Below are positions 59,601-64,000 of a DNA stretch of 64,000 nt, piece after piece. The DNA is from Spirochaetia bacterium (lineage in GTDB: Bacteria > Spirochaetota > Spirochaetia > DSM-27196 > Salinispiraceae). The translations under genes were made by a program, and so were the position numbers. Position 1 is the stretch's first letter. Each line of letters begins with the position of its first letter. The notes below the pieces were generated by a model. It was not told the DNA's origin. It did not search any database and was given only the letters and a program-made list of their open reading frames with translations. The DNA lies in the NCBI GenBank assembly GCA_038204425.1, contig JBBRCZ010000002.1:128001-192000 (forward strand), given 5' to 3'.

Positions 59601-62165
59601 CTATTGTGCGTTGCTATGAAGTGGGTCTTCCGGCCAGTGGTGTTTTGGATATCTACCGCGCAGATCTTTTCGCACTTGTTGCCATGTGCCTTGCCAAAAA
59701 CCAAGTAGATCACTAGTAATCTGTACGGGTCGCTGGGCTGGTGACAAAAGAGTGATAACTATCGCTTGACCGGCTACGCAAGGATTGCTAGTTATGGCAT
59801 AAAAGTCTTGAACCCGTGACTCGAGATGCACTTGGTATTTTTCTCCAGCCAAGCGATAGTAAAGCGGTTTTTTATGTCCGTTTGGCAGCGCAAAATGTTC
59901 TGGTGCCAGAATTTTTAGGCGCTCTAAGTTTTTGTAGCCAATCATTGTTCTTAGTGCATTGAGTAGGCTGTCAGCATCGAGAACCGGGCGCATAGATTCC
60001 AACTTTAAAAACGGTTTTAGAATATTCTCAGCGTCGAGGACAATTGTTTGCTTATCTATGATGCCCAGATCCTGGCCGGCTTGGCGTGCAAAAGCCAGTC
60101 TATTTGCTAAGGTATCTATTTGCTCAGACCAGGGTAGTAACTCAGCGCCTGTCTGTGCAAGCCGCTCAAAGAAAGCAGAGCACATCTGCACGTGAAGATC
60201 CCCGCCTTGCAACTTGCCTTGTGCGCTGGTTTGCGAAAGTGTCAGCGCGCCATGTTTTCTCACATAGCTCACACGAGGACTTAGGCCTGTCCATTTAAGC
60301 TCTAAGGTCCATGGTGCGGTCTGGTTTAGCTGCTCAAGCATATTTAGATTGACACTGGTCTGAGTCCTAATGATTGAATGAGTGCTGTCGCCTAGGTCGA
60401 GTTCTACAGCTAGTAAGAAATCCGGCCCTTGGCGGCTTTTGAGTTTGGCAAGACGCCCCATCGACAGTTGGTAGTAGGCCCATTCGCGTTCTTGTAGAGT
60501 CTTCTGCGCCCAACGCTCGGGAAACATCACAGCTAAACTTTGGCGTGCCAAATCGGCATCAGGCATTGGGCAGGCTAAAGATTCCAAACGCTTCCAGCGT
60601 TTGTGAAAATCTGCCAAGATGCGTTGCTGATTAAAGGCCGATGGCAAGGATTGACCGGTCCGAGCGCCTTTCTGAAAAATGTCAGACCAATAGTCCATGA
60701 TGTCGATCTCGTTACTGCTCGGGCCGCTTTGAGCAAAGGCAGCCACAAGTTCTGCCATTGATAAGCAAGCCGCAAGCGCTGCCATGCTCTGTTTCTTAGA
60801 CACGATGACAGCGTGCGCCAATCTGACTGGAAGTCCTAATTGTGTCATGGCTCGCCCGTGCTGCCTGATTTGGGCATGTGTATCCAAAGCTCCGAGTTGG
60901 ATCAGGGTTAGTTGGGCATCTTGCCAAAGTTCTTCTTTGGGTGCTGACAAAAGTCTCATGGCTTGGTAGTCCAAACTGCCAAAGCTTGCCGCCTCCAGTA
61001 CGCAGGCCGATAAGTCAACACGAGAAAGCTCAGGTATGTGACTGGCAGGCAACACTTCATCCTGGGGCCACAAGCGCCAACAGTATCCGTCCATGGTTCG
61101 ACCTGCACGCCCTTGCCGTTGCTTGGCTTGGGCAAGACTTACTCGTTCGGTCACCAAGCTATCCATGCCTAGTCGTTGATCAAAATAGGCCTGTCGACTC
61201 AAGCCACAATCAACAACCAGTTTGATGCCCGGCAGCGTAAGACTAGTCTCGGCAACGGCACTTGCTAAAAAAATGCAACCATGGTCTTTGGCCTCTAGGG
61301 CGGCGTTCTGTTTCTGTGCTGACAGTGATCCGTGCACAATTATAATGCTGCTTTCTGGCCTATCGATTAAACCTTCAAGAATCCGTGCACAAGCATTGAT
61401 CTCCGCCATACCTGGCAAAAAGACGAGCGTATTGGCGCCAAACTGACGATGGCCGTGCAAGGCTTGGCGGGCAACAAAATCCAAGAACAGTCTACTGTTT
61501 TTCCAATAGCCGCTACCTGTGTCTGGAGCATAATAGCTAGTCTCAATTTGATAGTTGCGGATCTCGAGCGACAAACGCTGCCATGCCAAGTCCCGGAACA
61601 GTTTTTCTATACCCTTGGCTTCAATGGTGGCTGACATTACTATCAGCCGTAGGTCTTGGCGCAAAGCTTGTTGGCATTCAGCTGCAAAAGAAAAACAAAG
61701 GTCGGACATCCAACTACGCTCGTGAAATTCGTCAAAAAAGACCGCTTGGCAGTCCTTTAGCCCCGGGTCGCTTTGGATTATGCGCAAAAAAACCCCATAG
61801 GTCATTACTATAATTTGACTTGCCGAAGACTCACAATGGTCCTCGCCGGTACGCCAAGCAATCGTTTGACCTGCCTCCTGGCCCAGAATTTTAGCCATGC
61901 GCAGAGCCACGGCCCGACAGGCGAGGCGACGAGGCTGCAAAACATAAATATTTTTGCCTGTCTGCTCTCTATCAGGCTGCTTTTTATCAGACTGCAACAG
62001 CGCAAGCGGCAAGATGGTACTCTTTCCTGCGCCGGTGCTTGCTTCTATCAACAAGCTAGTAAAGTCTTGGCAGAGTTGCCTAAAGTCATTTAGATAGGCC
62101 CGGATTGGAAGATCTGGGCAGCGGTCTGGATGGAAGGTGTAGTCGTAATTAGATTTGGCTTGCAT
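59601..62165 (-). CDS. hrpB: ATP-dependent RNA helicase HrpB
   Basis: STGAGKS, DEFHER, MSAT, AETSLT and QRQGRAGR motifs; HrpB C-terminal LLSPA.RP.Q..FW..RGRYPKH.WP. Confidence 0.92.
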   Translation of the reverse strand: MQAKSNYDYTFHPDRCPDLPIRAYLNDFRQLCQDFTSLLIEASTGAGKSTILPLALLQSDKKQPDREQTGKNIYVLQPRRLACRAVALRMAKILGQEAGQTIAWRTGEDHCESSASQIIVMTYGVFLRIIQSDPGLKDCQAVFFDEFHERSWMSDLCFSFAAECQQALRQDLRLIVMSATIEAKGIEKLFRDLAWQRLSLEIRNYQIETSYYAPDTGSGYWKNSRLFLDFVARQALHGHRQFGANTLVFLPGMAEINACARILEGLIDRPESSIIIVHGSLSAQKQNAALEAKDHGCIFLASAVAETSLTLPGIKLVVDCGLSRQAYFDQRLGMDSLVTERVSLAQAKQRQGRAGRTMDGYCWRLWPQDEVLPASHIPELSRVDLSACVLEAASFGSLDYQAMRLLSAPKEELWQDAQLTLIQLGALDTHAQIRQHGRAMTQLGLPVRLAHAVIVSKKQSMAALAACLSMAELVAAFAQSGPSSNEIDIMDYWSDIFQKGARTGQSLPSAFNQQRILADFHKRWKRLESLACPMPDADLARQSLAVMFPERWAQKTLQEREWAYYQLSMGRLAKLKSRQGPDFLLAVELDLGDSTHSIIRTQTSVNLNMLEQLNQTAPWTLELKWTGLSPRVSYVRKHGALTLSQTSAQGKLQGGDLHVQMCSAFFERLAQTGAELLPWSEQIDTLANRLAFARQAGQDLGIIDKQTIVLDAENILKPFLKLESMRPVLDADSLLNALRTMIGYKNLERLKILAPEHFALPNGHKKPLYYRLAGEKYQVHLESRVQDFYAITSNPCVAGQAIVITLLSPAQRPVQITSDLLGFWQGTWQQVRKDLRGRYPKHHWPEDPLHSNAQ

Positions 62166-62176
62166 ATGCTCGGCCC

Positions 62177-62205
62177 ATTATACGTAAAGCAGTGCATTTA
62201 GGCAA
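62177..62205 (-). promoter_or_regulatory. Sigma70-type promoter of hrpB
   Basis: TTGCCT-N17-TATAAT on the minus strand, 11 nt before the ATG. Confidence 0.7.
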
Positions 62206-62235
62206 AGAAAGGCCCCAGACTTTGGTCTTGGGGCC
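62203..62235 (-). terminator. Intrinsic terminator on the minus strand upstream of the hrpB promoter
   Basis: GGCCCCAAGAC-caaa-GTCTGGGGCC followed by TTTCTTT. Confidence 0.65.
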
Positions 62236-62527
62236 AGGTTTAAAAAGTGGCGCTCTGTTTATCCTCGTCGGATATCAACTACTTTGGCTGTCTATGTCTT
62301 TTGAGAGGTGAAAGCTGCGTGCAAAAGATGCTTGCTTGTAGCTAAGTATGTACTATTAAATGACTTAATTTTCTGTTGATAGTCTGCGCTTCTATCAAGC
62401 CTTTGGGATAGGCAAGTGCCAAATGCGTCAAATATACACATATGAGTCATTGTGACTCTTATTGCTTGGTAATTTGGAACCTAATTGGACTTGTAGCAGC
62501 AGTCGCTTTGGGATATTTTTAGCAAAT

Positions 62528-63088
62528 ATGGAAAATTCTAAGATAATTTGGCAATCAAGTCTTGAAGACGACAAGCGTTGGCGAGTACTGGTGCTCATTC
62601 AGATGGTTGTGTTAGCTGTGCTTTCGCTTGAAATTCTGAGAGTGCTGGTGACTATAGCTTTTGGCAACGAAGCCATGCTGTTTGGTTTTTTTAAGTTCCG
62701 CGTCTTGCAGGGGCTAGAACTTATATTTGGCTTTGTTTTTGGACTTACGTGTGCTTCCTATGCTCTTGTACGACTCTACTACGTACTTATCCGCGGCACA
62801 CCTTCATTTTTGTATGAAAGTGAAGAAGCATTGCAAATCTACTACAGCGGTTCAGTCCTGGGGCTAAGAGCGACTCACAAGTTCAAATACAAAGCTATTG
62901 CCTGGGCCAAAATAAGTGATTTGTTTATAGTGCCACGCAACCGAGCTCAGTCCGTCTGGGAGCTTAGGTTAAAACGAAAAAATCTGCCTTCGATCGCACT
63001 CGGACGCTGTGCAACCGCACAAGAAGCTCAGGACTTAGCAGACTTAGTCTACCAAAGTGCCGAAAAGCACACGATCTCAAGCGTCTAA
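62528..63088 (+). CDS. Hypothetical membrane protein (2 TM segments plus a possible bacterial PH-like tail)
   Basis: 186-aa ORF from ATG 62528 with two hydrophobic segments and a basic beta-rich C-terminus (IAWAKI). Confidence 0.6.
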   Translation: MENSKIIWQSSLEDDKRWRVLVLIQMVVLAVLSLEILRVLVTIAFGNEAMLFGFFKFRVLQGLELIFGFVFGLTCASYALVRLYYVLIRGTPSFLYESEEALQIYYSGSVLGLRATHKFKYKAIAWAKISDLFIVPRNRAQSVWELRLKRKNLPSIALGRCATAQEAQDLADLVYQSAEKHTISSV

Positions 63089-63143
63089 GATTCTAATATT
63101 GCTTTCTAGACAGGTGGCGTTTAGAATAAACAGTGAGGTAAGA

Positions 63144-64000
63144 ATGCGCTTGCAAGAACGTGTACTCAATTTTGCTCACCAGCTAGTTTTTCTGAGAACT
63201 GATGCACAGGTCAGTGGCATAGATGTTTTTTTGCACTACCAACGACTAATACTGCACTGGTTCTACGTTATTGGGGCAACGGCGTTTTTGGTGCTTATGC
63301 CTGGACCTTTGATTTTTCTCTTTCAGATTGCAGATTTCCCTATCTTTTGGTTTGTGCTTTTTAACATTGTGGTTTTTTTTGTAAGTATGCTTTTACCCAA
63401 GGTATCCTTTAAGCTTAGATCACTAACTATCGTCTACATATTTTTTAGTTTTGGTGTATTTTATATTCTGCAGCGAGGCATGCTGGGCTCAGGATTTTTA
63501 TGGCTTTTTGTGGTGCCAATACTGTGCATTGCCCTTATAGATAGAAGAACCGGCGTGTTCTTTTTGCTGCTGGATTGTTCTATTGTGCTCACTATCGCAG
63601 TATTGCAAGACTTGCGTATTTTTACATGGTACTTTGATAGTTGGAAGTTTTACCTCTTGGTACTCAACTTTTGTGCCTTATCTATCTTGGTTACCACCCT
63701 GATGGCTCTGTTGATTACAGGCCTCAAGAAGTTGCTCAGTGACTTAGATCGCCTTAACATTGACCTGAGAGATACCAACGACCAAAGAAGCGCGGCCGAA
63801 AGTCGCGTCAACTACTATCGCAACTACAACCCTCTGACGCAGCTTCCTAATCGAGCTTCTTTTATGATCCAGTTAGATGCAGCTCTAGTCCAGGCCAGAA
63901 CACTTGGTACTTCTTTGGCAATGATTACGCTTGATTTAGACCGATTTGCCTGGATTGGCATGACACGTGGCAGCAGAGTGGCTGACAGAGTTTTAGTAGA
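63144..64000 (+). CDS. Membrane sensor with GGDEF-like domain (partial, runs off the window)
   Basis: Manual translation: GAGG RBS, ATG 63144, open to the window end; about 6 TM segments, coiled coil, then YNPLTQLPNR..LAMITLDLDRF. Not in the ORF track because it has no stop. Confidence 0.8.
   Translation, partial: MRLQERVLNFAHQLVFLRTDAQVSGIDVFLHYQRLILHWFYVIGATAFLVLMPGPLIFLFQIADFPIFWFVLFNIVVFFVSMLLPKVSFKLRSLTIVYIFFSFGVFYILQRGMLGSGFLWLFVVPILCIALIDRRTGVFFLLLDCSIVLTIAVLQDLRIFTWYFDSWKFYLLVLNFCALSILVTTLMALLITGLKKLLSDLDRLNIDLRDTNDQRSAAESRVNYYRNYNPLTQLPNRASFMIQLDAALVQARTLGTSLAMITLDLDRFAWIGMTRGSRVADRVLV

Noticed and set aside
62247..62272. GACGAGG and AGCGCC words resembling the glmS ribozyme core (minus strand)
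   Set aside because: They occur in the reverse order, the other helices are missing, and there is no glmS downstream.
1..64000. CRISPR arrays, IS elements, integrases, prophage or defence genes
   Set aside because: I saw no regularly spaced repeats, transposase or recombinase motifs, or phage genes. The tRNAs show no adjacent integrase.

Overview
A mostly core-genome bacterial window, very likely from a spirochete (order Spirochaetales). This is inferred from the tRNA-Trp-secE-nusG-rplKAJL-rpoBC-rpsLG order without fusA, the RpoB Asn at the E. coli Ser531 position, the prfB-ftsY-lolCDE order and the divergent rnf genes. It carries two MFS transporters, an oxidoreductase, two tRNAs, the RNA polymerase/ribosomal protein cluster, an acyl-CoA synthetase, nadM-Nudix/nadE, a fused DUF1538 transporter with a triple-PII protein, exbB/exbD/tonB, hisS, pcnB, a truncated rnfCDEA-like operon, a GH57 enzyme, frameshifting prfB, ftsY, lolCDE-like genes, mcsA-mcsB-clpC, hrpB and a partial membrane GGDEF protein. 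I saw no mobile element, CRISPR array, prophage or defence system. The best candidates for undescribed biology are: (1) the fused DUF1538 transporter with a single-chain three-domain PII protein behind a sigma28-like promoter; (2) an Rnf-like complex lacking RnfG/B and the membrane cofactor ligands; (3) an orphan terminator and structured intergenic region upstream of hrpB; (4) several probable pseudo-enzymes; (5) several apparently leaderless genes. All family calls come from reading motifs by eye, not from database searches.
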